From: Diadema antillarum
Lineage: Eukaryota
DNA: 64,000 nt
Assembly (NCBI RefSeq): GCF_040938485.1
Contig: NW_027272607.1
Coordinates: 186,001 to 250,000, forward strand
Direction of reading: 5' to 3'
The translations under genes and the position numbers were made by a program. Shown piece after piece: positions 1 to 12,598 of the stretch; the first letter of the stretch is position 1; the number at the start of each line of letters is the position of its first letter. The notes beneath the pieces are model-generated. The model saw only the letters and a list, made by a program, of their open reading frames with translations, was not told the origin of the DNA and searched no databases.

Positions 1-224
1 GCTGTGTAGACACCTACTCTCATAGTAAAATGTACAAAGACTGGGATATCTACACGTACATCATATACAGAAATCCTAATGAGGGTCAGAAATGTACAAG
101 TTGTAGCATCATTCAAAATAATGCATGTCAAAGGTCAAGTGTCTGTGTGTACTGTAGGGTGCATGTGTGTCTCTGTATGTGTGATCATGTTGGCATTTTG
201 TGTACAGTAGGCAGTTTGAATCAT

Positions 225-393
225 ATATTGTGTATTGTGTATTGTGTTTTGTGTATTAATTCCGTGCTTTGCACCATTGCATATGTGTATTGTGTATTGT
301 GTATTGTGTATTGTGTATTGTGTGTTAATTCCGTGCTTTGCATCATTGCATACGTGTATTGTGTATCGTGTATTGTGTATTGTGTATTGTGTA
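225..393. repeat. (TGTATTG)n minisatellite with two copies of TAATTCCGTGCTTTGCA(C/T)CATTGCATA
   Basis: Read directly. Confidence 0.9.
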
Positions 394-2340
394 TGGGGTA
401 CTGTTTGTGTCTTGTCTGTATCCTGGCATACTATCATGCTGTAGGGGCTGGTATATATCCTGTAAAAGAATGTTGCTCACACCGAGAGTTGATAAATATA
501 CACAAAGAGTTGTTTGCACAGTTAAGCCTACCATGAACTTTGGCTTCGCTTCCTGTAACAATGAGTCTGTAGCAGCACGTACCCCGTTAGTCTGACTATA
601 AGTCACCGGCCGAGAGAGGGAGCTATTTCAATCGGTATTATATAATCTTGTTACTCTCTCCGGACGCTCCCCGATGGCAAAAGAAGAATCAAAAGAGCTA
701 ATTTTTGCTGACCAGTCCTTTGACCACGGTTATGTAAAAAGGTACACGTAGGCTTATCCCATAATACTTGCCACGTAGCCCCCTTTCCCTAACATTAACC
801 GTGGACATAGCTTTTTCTCTGACTCTGGCTCCTCAACCTCCAAAGGAGATGGACATAGACCATCGCTCTCCTGCGTCCGATACAAAAGGGAGATGTAATA
901 TTATGCTTTACAGAGTCAAGTCCATCCCGTATTGAGTCAGTTTTACATTGTACTATAATTCTTGGAGTTCATACAATACACCACATCGGTGAGGTGCATG
1001 TTTCAAGCAACATTAATTCTAAATAGTTGTGGAACAATTACTACGAAGATGAGATGCCTTCCTGTCATACTTGCGGACGCTGCATGAGGCTTGCATCAAA
1101 GCTCATCATCTCGCATCTCCTCCCATCGACAACCCCGTCGTCAATGACTAAGGATGAACTTCATCTATGTCCAGCTCACCACGAATTAGCGTAAATTTAT
1201 TGTGCATCTCCAAGTGGGATCGCATCCTTAACAATCGATGTCAACGCTATTGATGTGAGTGCCGGGCGACGACGAGGCGGCGAACACCGGTCCCGTTCCA
1301 GACAGTACGTGTACACGTCAGCATCTCGACCCGGAGTTCATCGTGGCAGTGCGCACTGCAGTTCGCGATCGCGATTGAGGTCCCCTTTGGAGAGTGACGT
1401 GGCCGCTATTTTACGCTGGAAGCGACTTGGGACTCTGTTCGGACTGTCGCGGTGGTTCGTAACTTATGCACCCTTTTATTTGTATTACCGCTCCTAATAA
1501 TTATAATCATATGTATGTCCCCTCAATTTTAAGACCTCCTTTTAAACGTTTTGACCAAATATAATTTGGTGTGATTGCTCATGGAGAGTCGTAAATAACC
1601 AATACACTGATTGATTCATATTCTGGGGGAAATACCCTATAATTATCACCTGCGTGTGATATAATGATGTACACGACAATAAAGCGTGTATAGTATTGAA
1701 ACTTAAATATTCTGTTGTCAACGCCCGTTATTACAATTAGTAAATCGAGTCGAATCACAACTCAAGACGTTGGAATATGGCTGTATGATGAGAGTGTGTT
1801 TGGTGTGTAGTTTGTTACACAACAAAAATAATATCTTGCCACATTAACACGCCCCGAGGCCTACCTTCCAACAAGTCATTCCAGCGATCTAACACTTTGC
1901 CAAGTTTTTAATGGGCTCCACTCAATACCAAGGGATGCAAACAACGGACATATTTACTTCTGACTAAGTTCCGAGAACATTGCAAGCATATCCTAACGCT
2001 CTTGCAATGCAGAGGTACGAACAATTGGTGAACAGCATCTCTGCAATAATTTGTTGATAAATCCCGAATGGGAAATGACAGATAATCGTCTGCAGAAGGC
2101 GACTTGCTACACCCACCCTCAGGCATCCCAACGGTGTCGGACCTACCCTGACAGCATGCAGACCCATTGCAATAGTAATTATAATGATGATGATGATGAT
2201 GATGATGATAATCATAATAATATATTTTCATATAGTGCATTTTAGATTTGACAGAACTCTCAATGCACTTTACATCCAAGATAATACTTTATTCTCCACA
2301 TAAGACCCAACCTCAAGCATCCCAACGGTGTCGGACCTAC

Positions 2341-2577
2341 CCTGACGGCATGGAGAAGCAGGGAGTCTGCCAGCTCCTTGGCCTGGGCGTTGTTGTAGAT
2401 GGGCGAGCGCTGGGCTAGCACAGGGGGGCAGACGAAGCCCCTCATGGCGTCTCTCAGCGCCTCCTGCACCAACTCGACCCCAAACACCTTCTTGTTGTTG
2501 TACGGCAGAAAGGTCTGCTGCAGGACGGAGCGGGACAGGACGCAGGGGCAGTGCTTGCTGAACTCGGCAAAGAAATC
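2341..2577 (-). CDS. NAA35: NAA35 exon (DFFAEFSKHCPCVLSRSVLQ...LLHAVR); last exon in window, gene continues past the left edge
   Basis: Aligns to human [23 protein letters not shown]...HCVR; 237 nt, phase 0/0. No downstream HGHNRARQR exon was found in 1-2340. Confidence 0.95.
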
Positions 2578-2914
2578 CTGATGCATGAAGGAGAAACAGA
2601 ATGCGATAAAGAGGGATAATGCAGCTCATAGAATATATCTTCATGGGTATAGATGTATTTGGTTACTCCTGGTAAGCTATGCAGTTGTACAACATGTTAT
2701 TGTGAAATATATCAATGTGGCTGACATATTTTGGTATCAATATCAATCTTCTGCTTTCTCCTATACACTTACAAGACCTTCATAGAGTTACCACACTGAC
2801 ACAGAGTAAGATTGTCAGAGGAATATTCCTGTTAATTTCTACAGGAATCTAAACTCAGATATCTCTCTCCTTGTAGATTTACCATTGTCTTGAAGTATCA
2901 AAATTCGCTCTTAC

Positions 2915-3093
2915 CACAATGGAATGAAAGGAGGTCACGCTGGTGACCTCGCAGACCGTCCTTAATCTGGAAACTAGCCCTTCAAAGTAGGTTATTGCAT
3001 CTTGCCGGCTGATGATCTTGGCGTAGCGAGGGAAGGTCGGAGGTAGCAGACGCTGGTTGACCAGGGGCTCAAATCCCATCATATTTGGGTAGT
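2915..3093 (-). CDS. NAA35: NAA35 exon ([28 protein letters not shown]...HSIV)
   Basis: [24 protein letters not shown] is identical to the human motif; canonical sites. Confidence 0.97.
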
Positions 3094-3312
3094 CTGAAAA
3101 ACAGGAAGGAAAGAATGACCACTGGGTGCTGTCCATTTAGTTCAAAGGCTTTGCAGGCACATGCAAGAGTGAAACAGAGGCATGTTACCTGCAATTATCA
3201 TCACCAAAAAAAATGACTGAAATTTACAGAGGATGTTGGGCAGCTCCAGATTTCTCCCAGTTTTTAAGACAATTACCAGCAAATGGTGCCAAAGAGAACA
3301 CAAAGAGCTTAA

Positions 3313-3397
3313 CCCATTGAGGACGAGTCCCGAATACACTCAGGCAGGTGTCTATGGGAAATGCGTGGTGTAGCAAAATCACACCGTCCTCAACGGG
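3313..3397. mobile_element. 85-bp piggyBac-like MITE
   Basis: TTAA|CCCATTGAGGACG...CGTCCTCAACGGG|TTAA; a second copy lies at 53149-53233. Confidence 0.85.
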
Positions 3398-3699
3398 TTA
3401 AACTCATCTCCAATGGGATGCCAGCCTTACAAAGAGTACCTCTGGATGGCTTCAGGTTTCGAGTCTTGATTAGTACCTCCACAAGAATTTTGGGTGATGT
3501 TTCTCTAATGGGTTTTCACTTTGACACATTATATCTCAAATTTTTTTCAATTTCAATTCTTTTTCATGTCATTATTGTGCACTAAAAAGCATCAGTCAAT
3601 GTCTATTATTATCGTGATTTCAGTATTATCATTTGATTCATCATTACAGTCATTATTCCAATCCATCTTTTTACTTTCACCACAGTTACAACTTGGCGA

Positions 3700-4127
3700 T
3701 ATCATTCCTCATCATCACTACTAGTTTTGTCTTTTATCATGTCATCACTATTTCAGCACCATCTTCATCATCATTTTACACATCATCCTTATTACCATCA
3801 CCATCAATATCACCATCAATACCATCCTTATCATCCCCATCATCAGCATCACCAGCATCATCATCACTATCACCGTCACCATAATCCTCATAATCATCAT
3901 TATCATTATCATCCTTATCATAATCATTATCAATATCATTAACATTATCATCATCATAACCCTCATCATCACCATCATCTGACCCTTGGATAGGACATTA
4001 AATGGAGGTCCCGTGTGTGTGTTAGCCACCACACACGCACATAAAAAGATCCCACTTCATTCATTCATCGCAAAGAGTCACTGTCACCATAATCCTCATT
4101 ATCATTATCACTATCATAATCATTATC
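3700..4127. repeat. (CAT)n-type low-complexity tract running into a gap
   Basis: Degenerate CATCAT/TCATTA repeats. Confidence 0.9.
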
Positions 4128-4326
4128 NNNNNNNNNNNNNNNNNNNNNNNNNNNNNNNNNNNNNNNNNNNNNNNNNNNNNNNNNNNNNNNNNNNNNNNNN
4201 NNNNNNNNNNNNNNNNNNNNNNNNNNNNNNNNNNNNNNNNNNNNNNNNNNNNNNNNNNNNNNNNNNNNNNNNNNNNNNNNNNNNNNNNNNNNNNNNNNNN
4301 NNNNNNNNNNNNNNNNNNNNNNNNNN
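4128..4326. other. Assembly gap (N run)
   Basis: Ns. Confidence 1.
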
Positions 4327-4327
4327 C

Positions 4328-4466
4328 CTGGTGTGGCAGGCAGCTTCTCGCTGGTCTCTAACTCTGTTTCCAGGGGATTTCCCAGCTCCACGGTCTTCTC
4401 TATGACAGGCAGGAGGTCCTGGGCTAAGAGTAAGAGCTTCCTGGCCTCCTCAATGCTCTGTTTGAC
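4328..4466 (-). CDS. NAA35: NAA35 exon (VKQSIEEARKLLLLAQDLLPVIEKTVELG...PATP)
   Basis: Aligns to human [26 protein letters not shown]. The donor is cut by the N gap (only the first G is visible at 4327); phase 1 fits the next exon. Confidence 0.85.
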
Positions 4467-4877
4467 CTGGGAAGTCACAAGGATGCAGAAAATCAGGGCA
4501 TCCACACAGGATTCCTTTGATGTTGGCATTCATAGAATTCATTTTCACCACACACATACAACCGACAAGTGCATGGCTGTGCAATTCTTGATGCAGTAAA
4601 TGTTACATTCACTGATTTCAGGGCAACACAACTTGTTCCTGGGCAGCATATTAAAGTTAAGGTTGAAGGGCATCTTCCCTTTAACACTTTGAATGATCCC
4701 TGATGTGTTAAATTGCATAATCACAAAGCATACCTATTCACTACATTATTTATGAAGTTACATCATTTATGACGGTGCGACCTTTCAAAATGAAAATGCC
4801 TTGTTACCTGCTACCTTGTTATCATTAAAACTGACAACAGCCAAGTCCACGCAAAGATATCTTGCACAAGGTCTTAC

Positions 4878-4961
4878 CTCTCTCTTGTTGAATGCCAACA
4901 GTGCAGAGTAAAACATCCTGCAGAATTTGATTCTGGAGACAACACCTACACATTGTTCATG
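4878..4961 (-). CDS. NAA35: NAA35 exon (HEQCVGVVSRIKFCRMFYSALLAFNKRE)
   Basis: Aligns to human [28 protein letters not shown]; canonical sites. Confidence 0.93.
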
Positions 4962-5470
4962 CTGCAAAGACAAAATGTTTAATATGATTATGACTCATTC
5001 TTGCACTGTTCATTGTCAAAGATACTGATGTACAGCATTTGACCAAGACCATTTTGAAGTGTGTCCCCTCCTCTTTTTTATATTCCTCTTTCCTCAAAGT
5101 TACGGCATACTCTAATGAATAGAAAATTTATGATTTTTTTTTTTAAATGCTTACATATTTTACAATTTGTTATACAGGATAGATTTCAATAGTATTAGTT
5201 ATACGAATGGAAACAAACCTTTCTTCTTCCTATTTTTGAGAGACATTATTGTTTTTATAGTACTGAATCAAGCTGTACAAATACACTTTGTAAGGAGCAA
5301 CCTCAGATACAGTCATCAAATTCAAAACAGAAGAACAAAATTCTTCCAATTTACTATACCTCTCAATTTACATTGGAATAAAGTGCACCAAGCGACAGTC
5401 TTTGTAAGAACACTGCATTCATGATGAGCAGATAGAACAGATAGTCAAAAGCAATAGAATTAAGACTAAC

Positions 5471-5521
5471 CTCCAGTTCTGTGGCAGTATCTCTGTCTTC
5501 ACCCTGCCTTGCTCTTGTACT
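5471..5521 (-). CDS. NAA35: NAA35 small exon (STRARQGEDRDTATELE), absent from the ORF track
   Basis: Matches human STRSRQGEERDPEVELE; 51 nt, tag acceptor and gttagt donor. Confidence 0.93.
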
Positions 5522-5933
5522 CTACGAAATAATGAAGATTCATGATCATTTGACAGGAAACATTATCAGGTACTTAATTTCAGAGAACTTTCGTCAGTCT
5601 AAGACATCTGGGGATTTAAATCACTATGAGACAAAAGCAACTACGTAAAACTGTTGCTAGCTGTTGCTGGAGCAATTCTGAAGCACTGTCCTAGAGCACC
5701 TTAAACTTATAGGCCTGTCTCCTTGGAAGTTGGAACTGCTTCCAAAGCACTCCTCCTTCCCGTATGAAATGGGTGACAGAACAGTCAAAGAAGTGTGTAG
5801 AAGTATATCATAGCCCTTTACAGTATTATTGATACACAGTGCAGCAGGAGCTATTAGTCTTGGGCTAAAAACTGAGTATAAATCAGGGCTGCCAACATTT
5901 ACACATCAAAATCAGGGCGGTTCCAAACGGCTA

Positions 5934-6141
5934 CTGCAAAACACAATTTTTTTCTCAGCATGAAATTTTCGTGAATTGGAGACGACGGCCTTTTCCGCGG
6001 CATGAAATTTAAGATAGTTGCCTCTAACATTCAATGTGTATAGTGTAGACAAGAACTTTCATGTGCATTTTGATTTTGCGAATCTTGGCTCTCTCAAAAT
6101 TTGCAAAACTAAAATGCACGCGAACATCCCTCATTTTACAG
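5934..6141. mobile_element. TA-flanked CTG(T/C)AAA...TTTACAG element with CGCGAA-type subrepeats
   Basis: Colinear homolog at 63535-63723; related relics near 35930-36070, 39900-40150, 41030-41110 and 47437-47740. Confidence 0.7.
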
Positions 6142-6560
6142 TATCAATGAATTTCTTACATGTCTTTGCTACATGCCTCTCAGCACGCAATTGTAATAAC
6201 TCAAATCAGGGGGGCTTTCTTATTGTCTAGACATGACCAAATATTTGATATATCTGATTCACTGAGCCTCCCACAAAATCAAGAAGACTTGGCAAATCTG
6301 ATACTTTGATATATTGTGACATCATTGCATTCTTTGTGTACCATTATCTAGCTGTCAACTCATTCAGCACATGGTGAGCGTGGAAATAGGGTCAGTGGCC
6401 ATGAATCTACACACATCTTCAACTTGGGCAGTACAGTCCCAGCTCAGGCTATACAATATGTTGTTCCCTCTAGGACCATGAAATATCATGTGATTATCTC
6501 CTCTGCAGTAGCATGTGACATTCTGAATGTCCACACGGGCAGCAGGTGGCCGATTCTTAC

Positions 6561-6671
6561 TCGAACTTTCCTGTTGTACTCCTCCTCGACTTCTTTCAGC
6601 ATTCCCACCACTCTCAGCTCTGTCACATTGTGGGCGAGCTTGAAGCCATATGTCATTGACTGGAAGTCCTC
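6561..6671 (-). CDS. NAA35: NAA35 exon ([37 protein letters not shown])
   Basis: Near-identical to human [29 protein letters not shown]; canonical splice sites. Confidence 0.97.
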
Positions 6672-7176
6672 CTGCACAGGTGTTAAACAGATAACAACTC
6701 TGTGAAAAGTCAAACTTCAACACCTTTGGCAAGATGTGCAAAGTGTATGAAAATAAGCCTGATGAGACTGTTTCATAATACCATTTCTCTGTCATTTTGA
6801 ACAGCTGGTAAGCATAATTCTGAATCAATGCAAACAACTAGTGTCAATTACCTGATCATTTAAGACTTGTGTTACAGTTAAGGGCATAAAAAAATCAAAA
6901 ATATGAAGAAAAAAAAAATCATCCACTTGCCAAATGGGAGTTAGGGCACAGGGCAAACACTCAATAGCAGACACGTACACAATCATTTTTCTGGCCCAAA
7001 AGCGAGTTTTAGTTGCACCGGTCAGGTGAGAAGAACACTGAGAAAACTGCTCACTCTATTTTGTCTCACTCTTCTCCAGTGCTCACCATACAGCAGTAGA
7101 ATATATTTACATCAACTCCCCTGATTCTGTGTTTTTTCCCTTCCAAATTGACTTCAAATTTGCCAAATTGACTGAC

Positions 7177-7344
7177 CTCTTCAAAGACTCCCGCCCTCAT
7201 GACCTTGTCCTTGATGCACTCAACAAGCTTCAAGGTGACCAGAGAGAAGGCCCTCAGACACCTGTCGTCGATCAGCTCAGGGTTGTGGGTGTAGAGGTTG
7301 GTGAACACGGTCTGCGCCAGCGAGTGTCCCTCCAACCACGTTGC
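7177..7344 (-). CDS. NAA35: NAA35 exon ([18 protein letters not shown]...AGVFEE)
   Basis: [13 protein letters not shown] motif; 168 nt, phase 0/0, cag acceptor and gtcagt donor. Confidence 0.97.
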
Positions 7345-8195
7345 CTGGGCAACAACAGCCACGGTGTTGTTTGAAAGTTTGCACGGTGATGCAAATGAGA
7401 AAGAGAGGTTTGCGGTAACACCACATAGTGTTACCACAAATCCTCTCTTCTTTAACAGCAAAGGTGTTTACCCAACAGAAACGCATAACACAAACAGAGG
7501 CACAGACACATTACCCCATTGCCTCCCTATTCACTTGTTTATTTTCTATTTCTTTGTCAATCTTTTTACTTAGGGTTGAGATGTACTTTGTAATCTTGTT
7601 GCTCCTCTTCAATGTGCTCACATAGAAGAGTGCTTCAAAGCAAAATTCCTAAATGTCTTGTAAACATTTATTCCTCAATTATGGTTATCGTACTGATCTA
7701 AGCGAATACAACATCAAAGCAAAGCGAACAGAAGACTTCCAAAAAAGGTATCAGTTTCTCAGCACACAAAACAAAGACACTAGAGGTATGCAGTATAAGG
7801 GACAAGTTCTTGGCTTATATGCCATGTCTATTTATCCCCCTTCCAAGAATGGCCTTAGTGTGTCCTGTATTCCACTGGCACTTTAGAGATTGTTATTTGT
7901 AATTTCAAACTCATCAGAAATAAACTCAAGTGATGAAGCACGAGACAGTGAAATTTTGTATTACATTGTAATTTCCTTTCTCCCCCTTCTCATACTTAAT
8001 CTTCTACATTCAATTAGTCATACCTTCTGGTGAGGTTCACAAATGTTTTACATGGAAAAATCAGAAAACCTGACCTTTGCAATGATATCTCACGGGAGAT
8101 CCACCTACGTATGATAAAATAGGTATACTATGCCCACTTAGTTTATTTGTAAGTGTGCATGTTCCAGTGGAGGGGATGTAAGAAATCACTCTTAC

Positions 8196-8385
8196 CATGC
8201 ATGCAAATGTCGTGTCCATTATTCCGATGAGTTCGCCGTTGGTGAGGTCACTGACCTTCGTTCTCCCAGCATCCACAGACTGCTGCAGGTTGAGGACCTT
8301 GCGCCCGGCCTGGTTGCACATCATGCCCGCATCCATCTTCGGATCCATCATCTCAATGGCCGACATGGCCTCAAAGAGACCAAAG
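8196..8385 (-). CDS. NAA35: NAA35 exon ([21 protein letters not shown]...[11 protein letters not shown]), Mak10 domain
   Basis: Hallmark Mak10 motif [21 protein letters not shown]; AG/GTAAGA boundaries. Confidence 0.97.
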
Positions 8386-8785
8386 CTTTGGTGGCAAACA
8401 ACCATAGAAAATGGCACCAGTTTAAAACGTAACTCATCTGCTATTTTTCTCTCTGATTTGACCAAACTTCCAGCTCTTCTTCCTTCTTCCTTGCATTGTT
8501 ATTTCTCTTGCATCCTCTCTTTAAATATTTTTTTCTTTCTCCATACTGTGCACATATTCACAACACTTTTCAGAAGACTTGTAATTTCCAAAAGCCAAAT
8601 CTGATGATAAAAATCTGTGTTTGCCTTTCCTTTTCAGATTCCTCATGAAAGGCATATCAGGCCAGCTCTTTCATTACATCAGTAAGTCTTTAAAAATGAC
8701 AGGCTTTGACTTGACCCACAATGCAATGATATATTTCTGTTTTTACAAGTTAGTCATCTTTTCATCTTTTGATATCAAATATTAA

Positions 8786-9111
8786 AGGGTGAGTACAGTT
8801 CTGGTTGAGGTGAGGATTTAGCTTTTAACGTTTTGCTTGATGAAAATCGGTTTTGAGATGGCTGAGATATCCCAAAACAAGGCGAAACAAAGAGATCCTA
8901 ATAAAAGGCGTGGCCTCTCGCCTTTTATTATTATCATTTTTTTTTGTGTGTGTGCATATCTCAGCCATTTGAAAACCAATTTTCATCAAATAAACATTGA
9001 ATCCTTCTTAAAATTACATGCTCTTTCCTATTTCATAAGAGATTTCTCATTATCTCACTTATCAATGTTATAAACCTGAATCCCCACCTTAACCAGTACT
9101 GTACAGTCTCT
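8786..9111. mobile_element. TTAA-flanked MITE family A (Kolobok-like AGGG...CCCT/CTCT termini)
   Basis: TTAA duplication, imperfect TIRs, internal palindrome; homologous to 25147-25960 and 28362-28751. Confidence 0.75.
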
Positions 9112-9334
9112 TTAATGTAAAAGTGAGCATTTATTAATGTGAAGGTAAAATAGGCGAGACATACATATGAAGGCGTATCCTCTTTCTTGAATAATGAACA
9201 TCTCAAAAATAAAATTTGATGGATGTTGAGAGGGTTTGCAAACAGAGAGCATCTATTTAAAACACAGCACTGCTCTGAGTTGAAAAACAAACAAACAAAC
9301 AAACAAACGACAAACAATGCAGAACGAAACCTAC

Positions 9335-9431
9335 ATGGAGTCATGGAGAAGCTCCCCAAGCTTGAGGTATGAAGATGCCTCATTGAACTCTTCAGTGATA
9401 TTCTTCCAATTCCTGGGAACATCTTGTCTAC
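9335..9431 (-). CDS. NAA35: NAA35 exon ([31 protein letters not shown])
   Basis: Matches human NAA35 [24 protein letters not shown]; ttctttcag acceptor and gtaggt donor; phase-consistent. Confidence 0.9.
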
Positions 9432-11399
9432 CTGAAAGAAGCAAGACAGAGTAAAGGGATGAGACATGAGAAGCAACGGAAAAGAGAAACAAAGAAAGAA
9501 ATAATAATATTTTCTAACTGAAGTTTCTCCTAAACACTAAATTGTATTAAAATATTGCCAATTCATCTGTCATTATTTTTCTATTGGTGCTTTTTGTCAT
9601 TGCTGTTTTATTTGTCTGTTTGGTGAATTCCACACAATAATTCTATGGATAAGGATACTACATTGTATAATCGTTGTGGGGGGGGGGATGATAAATCAGA
9701 ATTCATTTCCCACTTTCATTTCTAATGCTCTTTCACCTTTTGAGGAATGCACTGTTTAGGGGAAAAAAAAGCAAATAAGACACAAAAGCAAGGAATCACA
9801 GGAAAAAAAGACTCAAATTCACTTTAAACATTTCATCATATTCAGGGACAACTTCTATAAAAAAAAAAATGTGTAAAATACCAGTACAGAATTCTCCTTC
9901 AATCTTTCAAGTAAGATTTGAGGCAAAAGTCAACTATGTGAACCATGCTGCGAATTTCTCCTCTCTGTACATCAACTACAAGTTGAGGTTCCTTTTTGCT
10001 CTTTTTTTTTATTACTATTTCTTCAAATTAAAAGTAGGAGCCTTAGCCTTCATAGACTAAGTTTCACTGTAGAACATCTCTGAAAGTGGAAGGTACTGTA
10101 GGACCTACTGCACATAAACTGGTAATGGAAATACCACTCCAATTGTATACCAGTATCACTGTCAGCATTTTATGACTGTGCCTGATAGCCAGCAAGTTCG
10201 TGCAGTTTTGTTGCATTGCTAGAAGTCAAAACTATCAAGAAAACCTCAAGGCATTTCAATCATTAGCAGTTGAAAAAAAAGGGCTCAAGCATATTTTGAT
10301 GTCTCATTTCACTTGGCCAATCAGATATCCTTTCAATGATTTCAATTTCTCGCTGTTTAACTGTTTTGCTGAGAGTGAAATACATCCGAATCCTCTCATT
10401 TAGATTAAAGATCAATTCAATGAACACATACTAGGCAAATGATGAGTGAAAGCACAGCCATCATGTTCATCAAAGGGGTCAGCTGGTAAAGGCCTTTCTG
10501 AACTGGAATGACAAAAGCATATAAATACAAATCATCTTACAGACATTCAAAGTGTGATTTCATTCAACATTCAATTTGACAATTAGAAAAATATTATGAA
10601 CTGAGTGAAAAGCAGAAGTTTTTTTTTTCAGAATCTCGAATCAAATCTGAATGAAATTTGAAACTTTCACATGTTTTCACCGAGTAGTGATATTGGTGGC
10701 AGCCACATTATTGGAAAGTGAAAAAGACAATGATGTCATAACTTCATAACTCTGCAAAAGGCATGTACACTTAAAACATGACATCTAAATCATGTTTTGG
10801 AATGATAATTTATACAAGTTGTATGATTTCTAGTACCGGTATTAATATTTCCCCTTAATAAGTTATTGTTAGTACTACATTTAGGTTTTGAAAGTCTTCA
10901 GTAATAAGATCAATGCATAAAGTACATTTTACTCTAACTATACACAGCCCAGTCACTGTAAGTAGCGACAGGGCTGTACAGTCATGACCCACAACCACGA
11001 AGAGAGTTCAGCGATCGCATGCAATCGCTTTAAATTTTCATACTTTTAGATAATTTTTTTGTCACCTAAAACTCATCTGATGCAAATCTTCAATAATGAG
11101 ACTTCATATCTATGCTATCAATATTGAAATGCACATTTTTCAACTTACCGATAATGATGATTATATGCGGCACTTGCGAACAGTACATCTGTTCACTCGA
11201 CTTGAATGCACTTTTAAAGGTCACGCTGTCGACCGTGCATGCTGCTACCAAATAGCGCACGCACAAAATAGATCGCTGCAATTCGAGCCAAGCAAAAGCA
11301 CGCATAATTTGCTGAGTAGTCAACTTGCCATTTTGAATTCTGCAACGATGAACCCCAACGGTTGGGGACTCCTGCGCTGTTCTACTGCGCTAGAAAGTG

Positions 11400-11850
11400 C
11401 CATTTTTTGTTCAATGGACTTAATGTGGGCTCTCTATGGACTTATGAACCTTCTGTACTACAAGCATGGACTTAACATGAGTAACGTATACATTTTTCTA
11501 TAAGAAACATATAAATTTTCATTAGTTTTGTAGTTGTGTTGTGCAACAGTAGGGTAGTTTTATTTTGTTTTTATATTGCTGTCTTGTGTATTTTCTGAGG
11601 GTCCCATATCGTACAAGCTCTGCTTCTTAGTGGGACCCTCCACTTCCATCCTCATCCTTAGTTGACTTGTATTATACGCTTTATGTATATATTAACAAAG
11701 ATGTAATTGCATCTACTTCTCATTTTCATACGTACCTTGTCAAATTATGTTCTGCAAGTATTACAAATATCCTGTACATATGCAACGTATATAATTTCTT
11801 TGTTTATTTGATGGAAGTGAAAATAAAGTTGAATCTTGAATCTTGAACTT
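11400..11850 (+). mobile_element. Probable LINE (L2/CR1-like) 3' UTR relic
   Basis: 10-bp stem GAGGGTCCCA/TGGGACCCTC at 11597-11640 and terminal AATAAA plus (TTGAATC)n tail at 11821-11850; left boundary approximate. Confidence 0.45.
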
Positions 11851-12598
11851 GTGGTTCCCCACTTTGAAGGTGCGTGCCTGGACTGTCAGATGCTGTATTC
11901 ACACAGTGTACTAACACTAACAGCATCTGGTTGGGCTAATTTTACTCTTTAACTTATATCATATAAAGAAAGGACAGTATTAAAAAAGATTCACAACACA
12001 GGTCTAACAGTTAATAGCAGACTTGTGTAATTACATTTGCATGTTGCTGCAACTAATAAATCTATCACTGACAATTCATGACAACACATGAACCTTCAAA
12101 GTTCAAAATTCCATCACGCATCACTTCCCATATTGGATAGAAATAGAATCTAGGTCTGATCTTGATGAATCCTCTGCCATTTTGGTCCTCTCTGATTTTA
12201 TTCTAATCTGATTTTGTGACACTACATGTCTGCGTGAAAAAAAAAAGAAAAGAAAAGATGATACTATAAAATGAATGATTCACTAGTCACACTGCTACAG
12301 TGCTAGCGAAGATCAGAGTGAGGCAAATTACGCTGATTCAAACGTTCACTACTCATCATCCAAATCATGGCCAAGCCCAAGGCCACTGATTTGATGAATG
12401 GACTATATTGTTGTTGTTATTTTGATTTTAGGCGCGTGTCATATATTGTTGCTGTTGGTTTTAATAACTCAGAATTGAGTATTTACGCCAATCAATGGCA
12501 TACTCGACTCCTAGCCTCGGCTTCTTCGTCGTGTCATATCTGAACAAGATGACTTCTAAAGTGGGAATTATGTCCACTTCACAGCGTAAAATACTTAC

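Noticed and set aside
30-595. Cys/Val/Tyr-rich and His/Thr-rich ORFs at the left edge
   Set aside because: Translations of the (TGTATTG)n repeat; no splice or codon evidence.
343-606. LLQEAKPKFMV resembling the NAA35 C-terminal VAKPNFVV
   Set aside because: Too short, no flanking similarity, and about 250 aa of intervening NAA35 sequence has no exons between 2341 and 606.
3633-4032. His-rich, Ser-rich and Met-rich ORFs
   Set aside because: Artefacts of the (CAT)n tract inside a NAA35 intron.
10439-10501. C/D-box snoRNA-like ATGATGA...CTGA
   Set aside because: Opposite strand to the host gene, no terminal stem, no recognisable rRNA guide.
12313-12359. Minus-strand C/D-box-like pair in NAA35 intron 1
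   Set aside because: Only 47 nt box-to-box, with no terminal stem or internal C'/D' boxes.
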